Assembly (NCBI GenBank): GCA_016844745.1
Contig: JAERMQ010000013.1
Span: forward strand, 72,530 to 136,529
Length of the DNA: 64,000 bases
Direction: 5' to 3'
Source: Ignavibacteria bacterium
GTDB lineage: Bacteria > Bacteroidota > Ignavibacteria > Kapaibacteriales > UBA2268
How positions within the stretch are numbered: the stretch's first letter is position 1; every line of letters starts with the position of its first letter. Positions 16,954-27,480 of this stretch are shown here, one piece after another. Below the pieces are notes generated by a model that saw only the letters and a program-made list of their open reading frames with translations, had not been told where the DNA came from and did no database searches. The translations under genes were made by a program, and so were the position numbers.

Positions 16954-19545
16954 ATGAAAAGTATGAAGCTTAAAACCAAATTAATCATTTCATTCGGAGC
17001 AATTATATTTTTTGCTGTATTAATAGCTGTTGTAGGTTTATTCAGTGTTAATACTATTACAGAGAATTTCCGGCATGTAGCCGGTATCGACCAACCAGCA
17101 ATTATCTCTTTAGGAAATATCAAAACATCGCAGGAAGCCATAAAAGGGTATGAGCGAACGTTGAATATCATTAAATTAAATAACGATACAAAATTCAGCA
17201 GTTCCCAAATTATAAAAATGGAAATGCATTTCAAATTGCTGGATAGTAATTTTAAAATATTAGAAAAACTGAACTTAGATTCCGAAGAAAAAAAATTACT
17301 TGAAGAAACTTTATTAGAGTACAATGTTTGGAAAGAAAATGAAATCCAAACAATTGGACTTTTTAAAAAGAAAATTATTATCCTTGAAAATTATGGAAAA
17401 CCGGATGTTCCTGTGATTGATGCTTTGAATGTTCAAAATTTGGAACAACTTCAAAATAACATTGCTGCATTTGATAATTCCAATAAATTATTGATTAAAT
17501 TAATTGAAAAAATCCATAAAAATACCACAGTAGACCAGGAAACTTCATTTTCCAATACTTACTTATATAAGTTATTAATGACAATCCAGGCAATAGTTTT
17601 CGTTGTTTTGTCATTCGGATTTATGATATATCTGATTATGAACATAATGAAGCAACTTGGCGGCGACCCGCTTATGTGCATGGAAATAGCAAATAAAGTT
17701 TCCATGGGTGATTTGTCAATGAAAATAATTATTAGAGAAAAAGATAATTCAAGTTTATTGGCATCTATGAAAAAGATGTCCGATAATATAAAAAACCTGG
17801 TGTTGGATGCACACGAGCTTTCCAAAGCTGAAATCGACGGGAATCTGAATACAAGAGCAGATACAACAAGACATCAAGGTGAATACTCGGCTATAATGGA
17901 TGGAGTGAATCGCACATTGGATGCGGTAATAAATCCGTTGAAAATGTCTGCCGATTATATTGCACTGATATCAAATGGTCGTATTCCACAGCCTATTACA
18001 GATGAATATAAAGGTGATTTCAATATTATTAAAAATAATCTCAATACATGCATCCGAACGCTGAATACTATGGATTCGGAAACGGATGGATTAATAAATG
18101 CCGCTAAAGCAGGAATATTAGATAAACGTGGCGATGCATCGGAGTTGCACGGTGTTTATAAAAAAATTCTTAAGGGATTCAATGAAGCTCTCGATGCGAT
18201 TGTATTTCCTTTAAAAGTGGCTGCCGATTATATAGATAGAATATCCAAAGGAGATGTCCCACCTCGTATCAATGAAATTTATAATGGTGATTTCAACGAA
18301 ATCAAAAATAACCTGAATACTTGTATTGATGCAATAAATCTGCTTGTATCAGATTCGGCTGCTCTTGTAAATGCCGCAACTAAAGGTGAACTTAATGTAC
18401 GGGCAAGTATAGAACAGCACCAAGGTGATTTCCGCAGGATTATCGATGGACTTAATCGCACTTTCGATGCCGTTGTCGAACCGCTCAACGATGCCAACGA
18501 AGTTCTAAGTATAATGGCAACTGGGGATTTATCCGTTCGAATGGAAAAAGACTATGCCGGCGATTTGCAGAAATTGAAGATGGATGTAAATTCACTTGGT
18601 GATTCATTAATAAATTTAATCATTCAGGTAACTGATACCGTTCATGTTACTGCAAGCTCATCTCATCAAATTTCAGCTACTGCGGACTCATTAGCTGCAT
18701 CGACTCAGCAGCAAAGCGCCCAGGCAGATGAAGTTGCAACTGCCGTCGAAGAAATGTCGCGTACAATAGCCGAGAATGCATCGAATGCCGGCAGGACATC
18801 GACAGAAGCTGAAAAGAATGGCGGAATTGCACGGGATGGCGGAGAAGTAGTCCGGCAAACCGTTATTAAAATGAGGGAAATTGCTAATACCGTTAAAATA
18901 TCTGCTGATAATATACAAAAATTAGGCGAATCGAGTAAGGAAATAGGGGAGATTATTTCGGTTATTAATGATATTGCCGACCAAACGAATTTACTTGCCT
19001 TGAATGCTGCAATCGAAGCGGCTCGTGCAGGCGAGCAGGGGAGAGGCTTTGCCGTCGTTGCCGATGAAGTGAGGAAATTGGCAGAGCGTACTACGGATGC
19101 CACAAAGAAAATAGCGAAAATGATTAAAGCAATCCAGAAAGAAACGGAAGAAGCGGTAAAGATGATGAATAAAGGCACGGCAGAAGTGCAATCCGGAATT
19201 GAATTTGCCGACCGGGCGGGTATATCATTGAATGAAATCGTTAGCAGCAGTCAGGAAGTTATGTATATGATTTCGCAGATAGCTGCTGCCTGCGAAGAGC
19301 AATCCGCAACGAGCGAAGAAATTTCGAAGAATGTAGTTTCTATCTCAAAAGTATCTGCCGACTCAGCCCGGCGTGTGGAAGATGTAGCGCACACAGCCGA
19401 GGATTTAACTAAGATGACGGAGCATTTGAAAGAATTGATGGAGCAATTTAAAATCGAAGGCGATGATAAATATCATGCTATTAGTTCAGGGCATGGAATG
19501 CGGCAAATTACCGGTGGAAGCAGGCAATTGAGGGGGAGGTATTAA
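16954..19545 (+). CDS. Methyl-accepting chemotaxis protein (N-terminal TM sensor region, three tandem ~90-aa repeats, C-terminal MCP signalling domain)
   Basis: The C-terminal [33 protein letters not shown] is the highly conserved MCP signalling hairpin. Three repeats each contain a ...[14 protein letters not shown]... block (aa ~330-620). Start set to MKSMKLKTK (16954) rather than the ORF-track start at 16894. Confidence 0.85.
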   Translation: MKSMKLKTKLIISFGAIIFFAVLIAVVGLFSVNTITENFRHVAGIDQPAIISLGNIKTSQEAIKGYERTLNIIKLNNDTKFSSSQIIKMEMHFKLLDSNFKILEKLNLDSEEKKLLEETLLEYNVWKENEIQTIGLFKKKIIILENYGKPDVPVIDALNVQNLEQLQNNIAAFDNSNKLLIKLIEKIHKNTTVDQETSFSNTYLYKLLMTIQAIVFVVLSFGFMIYLIMNIMKQLGGDPLMCMEIANKVSMGDLSMKIIIREKDNSSLLASMKKMSDNIKNLVLDAHELSKAEIDGNLNTRADTTRHQGEYSAIMDGVNRTLDAVINPLKMSADYIALISNGRIPQPITDEYKGDFNIIKNNLNTCIRTLNTMDSETDGLINAAKAGILDKRGDASELHGVYKKILKGFNEALDAIVFPLKVAADYIDRISKGDVPPRINEIYNGDFNEIKNNLNTCIDAINLLVSDSAALVNAATKGELNVRASIEQHQGDFRRIIDGLNRTFDAVVEPLNDANEVLSIMATGDLSVRMEKDYAGDLQKLKMDVNSLGDSLINLIIQVTDTVHVTASSSHQISATADSLAASTQQQSAQADEVATAVEEMSRTIAENASNAGRTSTEAEKNGGIARDGGEVVRQTVIKMREIANTVKISADNIQKLGESSKEIGEIISVINDIADQTNLLALNAAIEAARAGEQGRGFAVVADEVRKLAERTTDATKKIAKMIKAIQKETEEAVKMMNKGTAEVQSGIEFADRAGISLNEIVSSSQEVMYMISQIAAACEEQSATSEEISKNVVSISKVSADSARRVEDVAHTAEDLTKMTEHLKELMEQFKIEGDDKYHAISSGHGMRQITGGSRQLRGRY

Positions 19546-19902
19546 AAGTCTAGTTTTATTCATTTTATATAGTTTAATAGAAAGAAAATAATCGCCTTGC
19601 AAACAGCATTTTGATGATACTCAGCAAGCCGGAATGGATAAGATGATGATTAAGAAAAATCACAATAATCAAATGAATCATGAAAATCAAAGTTCAGACA
19701 ATTTCATAATATTTTTTTCATTTATGCAAAATATTCATTAATTTAGTAATCGTCTTTTACTATTTTCTTCAATGAAATTATGGAACATTACGTAAATACC
19801 ATAATACAGAACCAATGCGGAAGAAGAGCATTTTTTACAATTTATAATTAAAGCTTGGAAGTAATTGAAGTTAAAGTTATTAACTAATTTATTTCAAAAA
19901 AA

Positions 19903-20619
19903 ATGAATTTAAAACAAAAAATATCACAATGTTTCTTATTTTCATTATTATTACTTTTAATCGGTAACAAACTACTTGCAGATGGTCCCCCTGTTGATAA
20001 TCAAACGGGCAAAGTAAGCATGAAATCCTTAGTAATTATACTTGATTCTTTACAACTTGTACAAGTTAACCGCGCATGGATATTTGAATTGAAAGATGAG
20101 CAGTTATTACAGATTCAAAAATATAATAAGAGATTTAAAACAAAGATTCTTGATGTTATAAGTTTTCCATATTACGACTGTACATGTGGTATGTTTGTTT
20201 ATGCTATATGGAACAAAGAAAATAGTGTTTCACTTCCAATTGAATTTATCAAAGATTATAATAATATGTTGAAAGATAGAAAGGAAAACGACTGGGGAGA
20301 TCATAAATACTTGAAAAACAGAACTTTTAATGATGTAATAAAAAGACTAAGCAGTCATCATATTTATATTGATTTTGAAGGCAGAACATTTATAAAAAAC
20401 AAAAAAGTAACTGAAAAAGAAATACATAGACTCATAGATAAAATTTCAAAATATAATAAATTACAGAAGGAATATCAAGATAAGAAAAATATATTCTTTT
20501 CAACAGCCCCGTTTATTAATAAAAAAATTAAAAAAATTATTCTTGGTAAAATCAAGAGAATTAAAAAGTATTCAAATAAAATGGATGTAAAATGTGGGGA
20601 TTTGGTGACCCGAGGATAG
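19903..20619 (+). CDS. Hypothetical secreted protein (signal peptide, Lys-rich C-terminus)
   Basis: ORF with an N-terminal hydrophobic signal-like segment and no recognisable motifs. Very AT-rich. Lies directly upstream of the RAYT/REP region. Confidence 0.35.
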   Translation: MNLKQKISQCFLFSLLLLLIGNKLLADGPPVDNQTGKVSMKSLVIILDSLQLVQVNRAWIFELKDEQLLQIQKYNKRFKTKILDVISFPYYDCTCGMFVYAIWNKENSVSLPIEFIKDYNNMLKDRKENDWGDHKYLKNRTFNDVIKRLSSHHIYIDFEGRTFIKNKKVTEKEIHRLIDKISKYNKLQKEYQDKKNIFFSTAPFINKKIKKIILGKIKRIKKYSNKMDVKCGDLVTRG

Positions 20620-20890
20620 TAGGTATCAATACTCAAAATTAAAAACTGGTACCCGCAAGATAGCAGTTAAAGGATTTAAAAATTATATTGAAAAGTGTAT
20701 TCGATAAATAACAATAATCCCATCGGGATGAAATATTTATAGAAAAATACATGACAAAATAACCAAAACCCCATAGGGGTGAAATCACGACTTTATGCCG
20801 AATTCATTTACAAAAATCTATCTTCACGTTATTTTTTCCGTTCAACGTCGCAAAAATCTTATCGGCAATAATTGGAAGGTCGAATAAAAA

Positions 20891-21763
20891 ATGACCGGAA
20901 AAGTAGCAATGACACTTCAGCTTAATCAAGAAAAGGTAGCACAGACGCCCCCGTCTGTGCATAAACCAATTAAAGAAGAGGTATCACAAGTACCTCCGTC
21001 AGTGGATAATCTCATCCAAGAAAAGGTAGCACAGACGCCCCCGACTGTACATAATCCGATTAAAGAAGAGGTATCACAAGTACCTCCGTCAGTGGATAAT
21101 CTCATGCAAGAAAAAGTAGCACAGACGCCCCCGTCTGTACAGCATGAAAATGAACCAAAAAACTCAATGTCTTTAAATAATCTAATTCAAAACAAAGAGG
21201 CACAGACGGGGGCGTCTGTGCTACCAAGTGCAGATAATACTTCATCATTTCAACCAATAATAGATTTTACTTTTCATCAAAGAAACCTCCCACACTGGCA
21301 AAATCCAGGAAGTATATATTTTATTACATTTAGAACCTATAAAAATTTAATTCTTGATGATATTTCAAAACAAATAATTTATGAAAATATCATTTATTAT
21401 GGTAAACTTTTTTATAAGTTATTGTCATTTGTAATAATGCCGGACCATATTCATATTATTCTTCAACCCAATGAAATAGAAAAAAATATTTACGTAAACC
21501 TTTCCAAAATTATGCAAGCGATTAAAGGATATGCAGCCAAACAAATAATTAAGCATCTATCTCAACAGACAGAACAGACCTCACAAATTCAAGAGATTGC
21601 ACAGACGGGGGCGTCTGTGCTACTAAATTCCAATTTTCAAATAAAGAATGAGAATACATCGCAGAAAATTGCTTTCTTATTTTATCCATTTTCATATCTT
21701 TTTAAAATCGTTTTAATACTGTTCCTTTTGCGCATATTATATTTGCAAAGCTGTGTTCTTTGA
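20891..21763 (+). CDS. REP-associated tyrosine transposase (RAYT / IS200-like Y1 HuH transposase). The N-terminal ~90 aa as listed are translated from a REP tandem array and may not all be coding.
   Basis: Core FHQRNLPHW...IYFITFRT...MPDHIHIIL (HuH) ...KGYAAKQI (catalytic Tyr helix) matches the Y1_Tnp/RAYT family. The first clear in-frame Met before the core is MSLNNL (~21163). A 91-bp unit is repeated 3x in 20915-21150. Confidence 0.8.
   Translation: MTGKVAMTLQLNQEKVAQTPPSVHKPIKEEVSQVPPSVDNLIQEKVAQTPPTVHNPIKEEVSQVPPSVDNLMQEKVAQTPPSVQHENEPKNSMSLNNLIQNKEAQTGASVLPSADNTSSFQPIIDFTFHQRNLPHWQNPGSIYFITFRTYKNLILDDISKQIIYENIIYYGKLFYKLLSFVIMPDHIHIILQPNEIEKNIYVNLSKIMQAIKGYAAKQIIKHLSQQTEQTSQIQEIAQTGASVLLNSNFQIKNENTSQKIAFLFYPFSYLFKIVLILFLLRILYLQSCVL
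20939..21140. repeat. Array of three 22-bp palindromic REP copies (gcacagacgcccccgtctgtgc, 'CCCCC' orientation) embedded in ~91-bp tandem repeat units
   Basis: Copies at 20939-20960, 21029-21050 and 21119-21140, each within a repeated QEKVAQTPPSV...IKEEVSQVPPSVDNL unit. Confidence 0.85.
21200..21221. repeat. REP copy in inverted orientation (gcacagacgggggcgtctgtgc)
   Basis: Same palindrome with the central GGGGG instead of CCCCC. Lies just upstream of the RAYT catalytic core. Confidence 0.85.
21599..21620. repeat. REP copy (GGGGG orientation) within the 3' end of the RAYT ORF
   Basis: Exact 22-bp match to the copy at 21200. Confidence 0.85.
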
Positions 21764-21867
21764 AAAAGCCGGGATGAAATCCTTCGTGTCCATTGAGAGT
21801 GCCTTTGCGCCCTTTGTGTTAAAATCAGTTCATAAAGTTGAAAGTGAAGGGCGAACTGATAAACACT

Positions 21868-21990
21868 TTCAGAAAGTTTCCCTACTTTCGGAAAGTTGAA
21901 CAAAAAAAATGCAATAAATCCTATTCAATAGTATTCATTCGTACCTTATGAAAAAAACTTTCTGAAAGTAGGGAAACTTTCCGAAAGTAA
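21868..21990. repeat. 33-bp inverted repeat pair (ctttcagaaagtttccctactttcggaaagtt / aactttctgaaagtagggaaactttccgaaagt) separated by ~55 bp
   Basis: Near-perfect reverse-complementary arms between the RAYT gene and the 3' end of the convergent activase gene. Probably a large hairpin element or bidirectional terminator. Confidence 0.6.
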
Positions 21991-22129
21991 AAAATCGAAA
22001 ATACGTAGTAAAAAGTAGTAAAAAGCAGTAATTTGAAAATGTATCAATTTGAAAATGAATTGAAGAAAAGATGTCCAACATCTTCCAGATGTTGGACATC
22101 TAAAATCTTTGGAAAATTTAGAGTTAATT

Positions 22130-25100
22130 CTATTCCTTCTGCACTTTTTCGCTTTTAAAGAAATTGAATTTCTTATCGTCATGCTTGGCTTTGCCGTTTT
22201 TCTGTTTGGCTAATTTCATAAGGCGTGCAGCGCGTTCTGCCTGCAAAGTGAATGTCTCTAACCTTGCCTCGATAATCTGGGGATAAACATTTCCATCCGA
22301 TTCGATTGTTAAGAACGGAATGCTCAGGTTGCCGTTGAAGACTTCTGAAATTTCATAATCAGGGTCGTTTAATCTTTTTGCAAGAATCTTATGCTCTACC
22401 TTCATTTCCGGGATTGCAACTGCCTCTGTGAAACGGGTTGGCATACATCCGAAAGGTCCAAGATTAATTATACCGCAATATTCCTCGAATCCTTCATGAA
22501 GTGCAGTACCGAGAGTTAAACCGGGTTCGCCCTTGATTTCGAGAGGTATAATATGCTTGGAATGGCTGAGCAGCGCCTCGATATTAATTTTAGTAAAATA
22601 ACCTGATTTAGCTAACGCCTTCTTGATTTTCTTTTCGGCATTGTGCATATACATGCTTCGGATATAGCGCTCGGAGCGGTTTTTGATGGAATTGTCAGCT
22701 TCGATTAATCCAATGCTGATTAGATAATCAATATAATATATCCATTCGGTGATATGAGCGATTTTCAGGACAAATCCCTTTTTAGCAAAGACACGATTCA
22801 AATACTTATGTGCAAAATTATCACGGCGGACGAATATTTCACCGGTAAGGGCAACATACTTAGCTTCTTCAATCGGCACTCTGACAGGGACTTCTGCTCG
22901 AATTACTTCAGAGAAATCCTCCAGATAATCGTAAATTTTTTCTGGTTTCAAAGTGTATAATGCTACAACCTTTTTGAATTCCCTGTCAAATACTTCCTCT
23001 CCTTTGATAGGGTCAAGGGAATAAGCTAAAATTGCAGAACGTATATCATCCAAAACATCTGCTGCCATCAAAGCAAGAATGCCGTATTTCGAGAAATTAT
23101 CTCCGATTCCGGCATAACCGTTATCCGTAGAAAGGAAGAACTGGGCGACATTATCTAATCTTTTACGCTTGATAATATCATTCAATAAAACCGGATATTG
23201 ACCAATCCTGCAGCTACCGGAACTTGATATATTGAAGAATGCTATATAATCTTTGCCATTCCATTTGTTTTCAATATAATTCACTAATCCTCCGGCAAGC
23301 AGAATAAGCGGCAGGCATTCTTTTCCGGTAAGATAGGCTCTGCCGTAATGCAGAATTTCCGAATCGCTGTCGGGAAGTTTCTCGGCATTATATCCGATAG
23401 CCCGGAATGCAGCGGCGAAGAACTCGGAAGTTAAATCACCCATAGGAGGAATCAGGATTTTGACTCGTGGGTCTTTCAAGGGAAGTATTTCACCATTCGA
23501 TGTATGGAAGTAACCGCTAACATCATCGAAAGTCACCTGCGACATAACATAACCAGTATAATCAGGGTCATGGATGTTTTCGCTGACCTTGCGATAATTT
23601 TTAATAATATCCAATGCTGCATCTATACGGGTATTTATACCTGCATCGGCAGTATGTCCGTCTAATTCGAGTGTAAGTGAAGGCTTGGTTCCCATGATAT
23701 TCCTGAATGTAGTGATAATCATGGAATCCGGTCCGCATGAGAAATTCGATATATATGTTGCGAATAACTGAGGATGGCGCTTAATTATCTTAGCGATTTT
23801 AAGAATCTTCTTACCTCCCTCCCAAAACATATCTACATCAACTATTTCTTTGCGGTAATCGAACATGTCATAGGGGAGAACATAAATACCACGCGAAGCA
23901 AACTTGCGGGGAATTCCTTTGTTTGCATGTTCGGTAAATGAGTTGTAAGGACGACCGACAATCACCATAGCATAGTCTTCTGGATGTTCTTCCAGATATT
24001 TAAGGAATTCAGCTCCGGTATCGAACATTTCCGTTTCATAAGCGCTCTGCATATCGACGGCAAACCGGTAAGCTTCGCGAGCCTTGTTAACGTCTTCGAT
24101 TCCGAGCTTTTGTGCAATTTCAATAAATTTATCTTCTTCGGCATCGAACCCTGACGCAAAATTGAGTGGTGGTGCGAACAACCGGTCGGCGATTTTGTAT
24201 TCTTTATATGCCTGCTGCAGGAAGAAGGGTTCAGTGATTACGAATACACAAGTAGCATTGTAATCTATATGATAATGTTCTTCATCTTCGACATACATTT
24301 CCAATAAGTTTGGTACGAAAAGATAATCCGGATTCTTGTTTAGTAGGTTCTGGAATAATCCGAGGGATAACTGCCCAGGGAAACAGAAGGATGTCATTTC
24401 ACGTTCCAATCCTTCATCCTCGACGGCATCCGGCATAACGATATTGAATCCAAGCCTGGTAAAGAAGTTATGATAAAGTGGATAGACTGTATGAGTATGG
24501 AAAGAAGCATTGATACCGATTGATTTGGCATCTTCGGGTAATTCAACCATGGGCGCATATTTCTCGAAGCAAAGCCGGCGCCTTAGCTCGACGAAATCGA
24601 AGTGAACAGGGTCAATTTTACTTCTGCTTCGCAGGTTATAATATTTATTACAGGCTCCACCGAAAGTGTAATTTTTACCTTGAACTTCGATTAGGTTTAT
24701 TGAACAGGAACGGTCGCATTTTTCTTTGCCGCCAACGCAGATGAAAGGTTTCTTGTATCTTACGTCGCGTCCTGCAAGTTCAGCCAAGTCATATAGCTGT
24801 TCTTCCATGAACCCAAGTTTGATTTTCTCTTTAACTTCCAATGCTACACCGAAGGCTCCCATTAATCCGGGTTCGGGTGGAACGATAATTTCCTTACCTG
24901 TGAGGGCTGCCATTGCAATCGGAATTGCCTTATTATAACATACTCCGCCTTGCATGAATATTTTCTTGCCAACTGGGCGGTTGCCTTTTACGCGGTTAAC
25001 ATAGTTAAGACAGATAGAATAAACCAGACCGGCAATGATATCTTCTTTAGAAAGATTTTCCTGAAGCGCTGTTTTAATATCAGAACTGATAAATGCGGCA

Positions 25101-26503
25101 CATTGGTCGGAGAAATTCGGCGGAGTTGAGCCACGCATTGCAATTTGCTCGATTTCCTTTACTTTAATTCCTAAGGATTCCCAAGCGGATTCCTCTATGA
25201 ATGAACCTGTGCCGGCTGAGCAGGCTTCGTTCATAGCATAATCAGCAGGTACTTTATTTACGATATATGTGTATTTGGCATCCTGTCCGCCGATTTCGAA
25301 AATAGTATCAACTTCGCTATCGAAATAAACTGCTGCTGTAGCATGAGCTATAATTTCGTTTATTACACCATCGGTCAGGGCATGTAATCCGGCAATTTGC
25401 CTGCCGGAGCCTGTTGTGCCAATTCCTATTATCTGTATAATTTCAGGGATTTGAACTAAAAGCTCACTATAACATTTTCTTGAAGCAGCAATAGGGTCGC
25501 CATTAGTATATAGATAGATTGACCCTAATATCTCATTATCGGATTCCCGGATGATAACCGCTTTTGTTGTTGTTGAACCAACATCCAAGCCTAAAATGCA
25601 TCTGTCTCCATCTCGGGCTTTACTTTGTTTCACATTTTTAAAAGTAACTTTTTCCTGGAATTCTCTCAATGGCTTATGGAAGGGAAAAGAGCTATCTCTG
25701 AATGTAAATAATTCTTCGAAAGATTTGAATTGCTGTACATTATTTTTCAGGCAAAAAAGAGCGGCTCCGAATGCTTCGAAATAGGTTGCCTGTTCAGGAA
25801 TTTCAATCGAAGGATTACTCTTTCTTACAAATTCCATAACTGCCTTATTCTGTGTAACTCCACCAAGAAGTAAAAATTTACCCTCCCGGGTTTTTTTCAG
25901 CAGTTCTTCAACTTTTTCACTAATCATTTGAGCTAAGCCTGAAGTAACCTCTCCTTTTGGAATTCCTTTATTGAGTGCGTGAGTGCAATCGGATTTGCAG
26001 AATACCGAGCATCGTCCGGATACTTTATACGGGTCTGCAGAAACCGATATATCTACCGCTTCATCAACATTGAGATTCATTCTTTTTATTTGCTGTAAAA
26101 AGAATTCCCCTGTTCCTGATGCGCATTGATTTTTTGTTATAACTTCTGTAATTTTGCCTGAATAGTCCAAAGTATAAACCATAAAGGTTTCACCACCAAG
26201 GGTTGCCACGGCAGAAAATTCCCTGCCGGACTCATCGATATATTCCAACCCATGTTCAATTGCTTCCGGTTCGGATATTGTAGTAAGATTTATCAGGTTC
26301 CTGAATTTTCTTCCTGTTACCACAACCGGATTCATTTCCGGATTGAATTCTCTTAATTGGTCAAGAAATACTCCTTTCGGATTGCCGTTATGAACAACCG
26401 AAAGGATATCCGAAACATTAGCTTTACCGTTGCCATTCGATTCTACTCTTACGAATGATATGGTAGAAGCCCCCATACATACGCCAACTGCTATATTTGC
26501 CAT
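22130..26503 (-). CDS. CoA-substrate-specific enzyme activase fusion protein (two BadF/BadG/BcrA/BcrD-type ATPase domains + 2-hydroxyacyl-CoA dehydratase HgdB-like domain)
   Basis: 1457 aa. Two ASKHA ATPase modules (GLDVGSTTTKAVI..., IGIGTTGSGR) with cysteine-cluster regions, and a C-terminal DUF2229/HgdB-like region. Matches the architecture of the ~1400-aa activase-related fusion proteins in anaerobes. Confidence 0.7.
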   Translation of the reverse strand: MANIAVGVCMGASTISFVRVESNGNGKANVSDILSVVHNGNPKGVFLDQLREFNPEMNPVVVTGRKFRNLINLTTISEPEAIEHGLEYIDESGREFSAVATLGGETFMVYTLDYSGKITEVITKNQCASGTGEFFLQQIKRMNLNVDEAVDISVSADPYKVSGRCSVFCKSDCTHALNKGIPKGEVTSGLAQMISEKVEELLKKTREGKFLLLGGVTQNKAVMEFVRKSNPSIEIPEQATYFEAFGAALFCLKNNVQQFKSFEELFTFRDSSFPFHKPLREFQEKVTFKNVKQSKARDGDRCILGLDVGSTTTKAVIIRESDNEILGSIYLYTNGDPIAASRKCYSELLVQIPEIIQIIGIGTTGSGRQIAGLHALTDGVINEIIAHATAAVYFDSEVDTIFEIGGQDAKYTYIVNKVPADYAMNEACSAGTGSFIEESAWESLGIKVKEIEQIAMRGSTPPNFSDQCAAFISSDIKTALQENLSKEDIIAGLVYSICLNYVNRVKGNRPVGKKIFMQGGVCYNKAIPIAMAALTGKEIIVPPEPGLMGAFGVALEVKEKIKLGFMEEQLYDLAELAGRDVRYKKPFICVGGKEKCDRSCSINLIEVQGKNYTFGGACNKYYNLRSRSKIDPVHFDFVELRRRLCFEKYAPMVELPEDAKSIGINASFHTHTVYPLYHNFFTRLGFNIVMPDAVEDEGLEREMTSFCFPGQLSLGLFQNLLNKNPDYLFVPNLLEMYVEDEEHYHIDYNATCVFVITEPFFLQQAYKEYKIADRLFAPPLNFASGFDAEEDKFIEIAQKLGIEDVNKAREAYRFAVDMQSAYETEMFDTGAEFLKYLEEHPEDYAMVIVGRPYNSFTEHANKGIPRKFASRGIYVLPYDMFDYRKEIVDVDMFWEGGKKILKIAKIIKRHPQLFATYISNFSCGPDSMIITTFRNIMGTKPSLTLELDGHTADAGINTRIDAALDIIKNYRKVSENIHDPDYTGYVMSQVTFDDVSGYFHTSNGEILPLKDPRVKILIPPMGDLTSEFFAAAFRAIGYNAEKLPDSDSEILHYGRAYLTGKECLPLILLAGGLVNYIENKWNGKDYIAFFNISSSGSCRIGQYPVLLNDIIKRKRLDNVAQFFLSTDNGYAGIGDNFSKYGILALMAADVLDDIRSAILAYSLDPIKGEEVFDREFKKVVALYTLKPEKIYDYLEDFSEVIRAEVPVRVPIEEAKYVALTGEIFVRRDNFAHKYLNRVFAKKGFVLKIAHITEWIYYIDYLISIGLIEADNSIKNRSERYIRSMYMHNAEKKIKKALAKSGYFTKINIEALLSHSKHIIPLEIKGEPGLTLGTALHEGFEEYCGIINLGPFGCMPTRFTEAVAIPEMKVEHKILAKRLNDPDYEISEVFNGNLSIPFLTIESDGNVYPQIIEARLETFTLQAERAARLMKLAKQKNGKAKHDDKKFNFFKSEKVQKE

Positions 26504-26934
26504 TTTTTTCTATTTTATTATTGATACTAATTTTCTAATCATTCAATTACAAATCCTTCTTAATTCGAATTTATAAAATGTTGTACAAAAATAATCCTTA
26601 CATTTTTCAGAGGTCTCTTTATATCAATTTTGTATGACATTAAGTATATTAAGGTCAATTTAATTTTCTCCGAAATTGAATCGGAGTTGTAATTCTTGTT
26701 CAAACAAATATAAGAAAAATTATTTAAACCTAAAAAATAATTTAGGTTTGTATAATATTGTTGCTTTCATTTTGGTTGATTCCATATTTTCAAGCTTAAT
26801 AAAGATTACAAATTTAATCAATTTTCATTAAAAATGTAACAAAAATGTAACATAATGTATATTGTATATCGAAAAAAATGAGAAATGGAATTTGAACGTC
26901 ACTGAATTTTTGTAAAATTAATATTGGAAAAATC

Positions 26935-27414
26935 ATGAGAAAAATTACTTGCATATCTGCATTCATACTATTATTAATGTTTTTCGGTTCTGCTACAGCA
27001 CAGGAACTGACGGAAAGGGATAGTATTAATAGAGACAACATCTTAAGACTGATAAAAATATTCAAGACAGTTGAACCAGCCTCAGTTGCAAAGGAAGGTA
27101 TGTTATCCACCTTCATGATGTACCATCCGGAAGCTCCGGCAAAGTTCTGGGCAGATATCGACCTCGAAATCAATTATAATGATATTATCGAAGAACAAAT
27201 CAGGATATTCGAATCATTCTTTACATGGGACGAATTAAACGACCTTCGTAAATTCTATGATAGTCCAATTGGTCAGAAACTGCTTACAGTGCAACCTCAA
27301 TTAATAGGTGATTGTTTAAGGGTAGCAAATGAGATGACAATGAGAATCACGAAAAAAATTACCGACAAGCTAATCGAAGCAGGTTTTATTCAAAAGCCCG
27401 AAGAAAGGCGATAA
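26935..27414 (+). CDS. Periplasmic DUF2059-like protein
   Basis: Signal peptide plus the FTWDELNDLRKFYDSPIGQKL motif characteristic of DUF2059. Confidence 0.45.
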   Translation: MRKITCISAFILLLMFFGSATAQELTERDSINRDNILRLIKIFKTVEPASVAKEGMLSTFMMYHPEAPAKFWADIDLEINYNDIIEEQIRIFESFFTWDELNDLRKFYDSPIGQKLLTVQPQLIGDCLRVANEMTMRITKKITDKLIEAGFIQKPEERR

Positions 27415-27480
27415 TTATATTAGTAAGTATAGGTAAACTTTAATCTGGTAAAAACAAACAACTGAAACTATATCAGATTA

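Noticed and set aside
20891-21160. Treating the whole N-terminal 90 aa of the RAYT ORF as bona fide coding sequence
   Set aside because: This stretch is a 91-bp x3 tandem array containing perfect REP palindromes. It is more likely a REP/BIME array that happens to be open in frame, so it is reported as uncertain rather than as a distinct domain.
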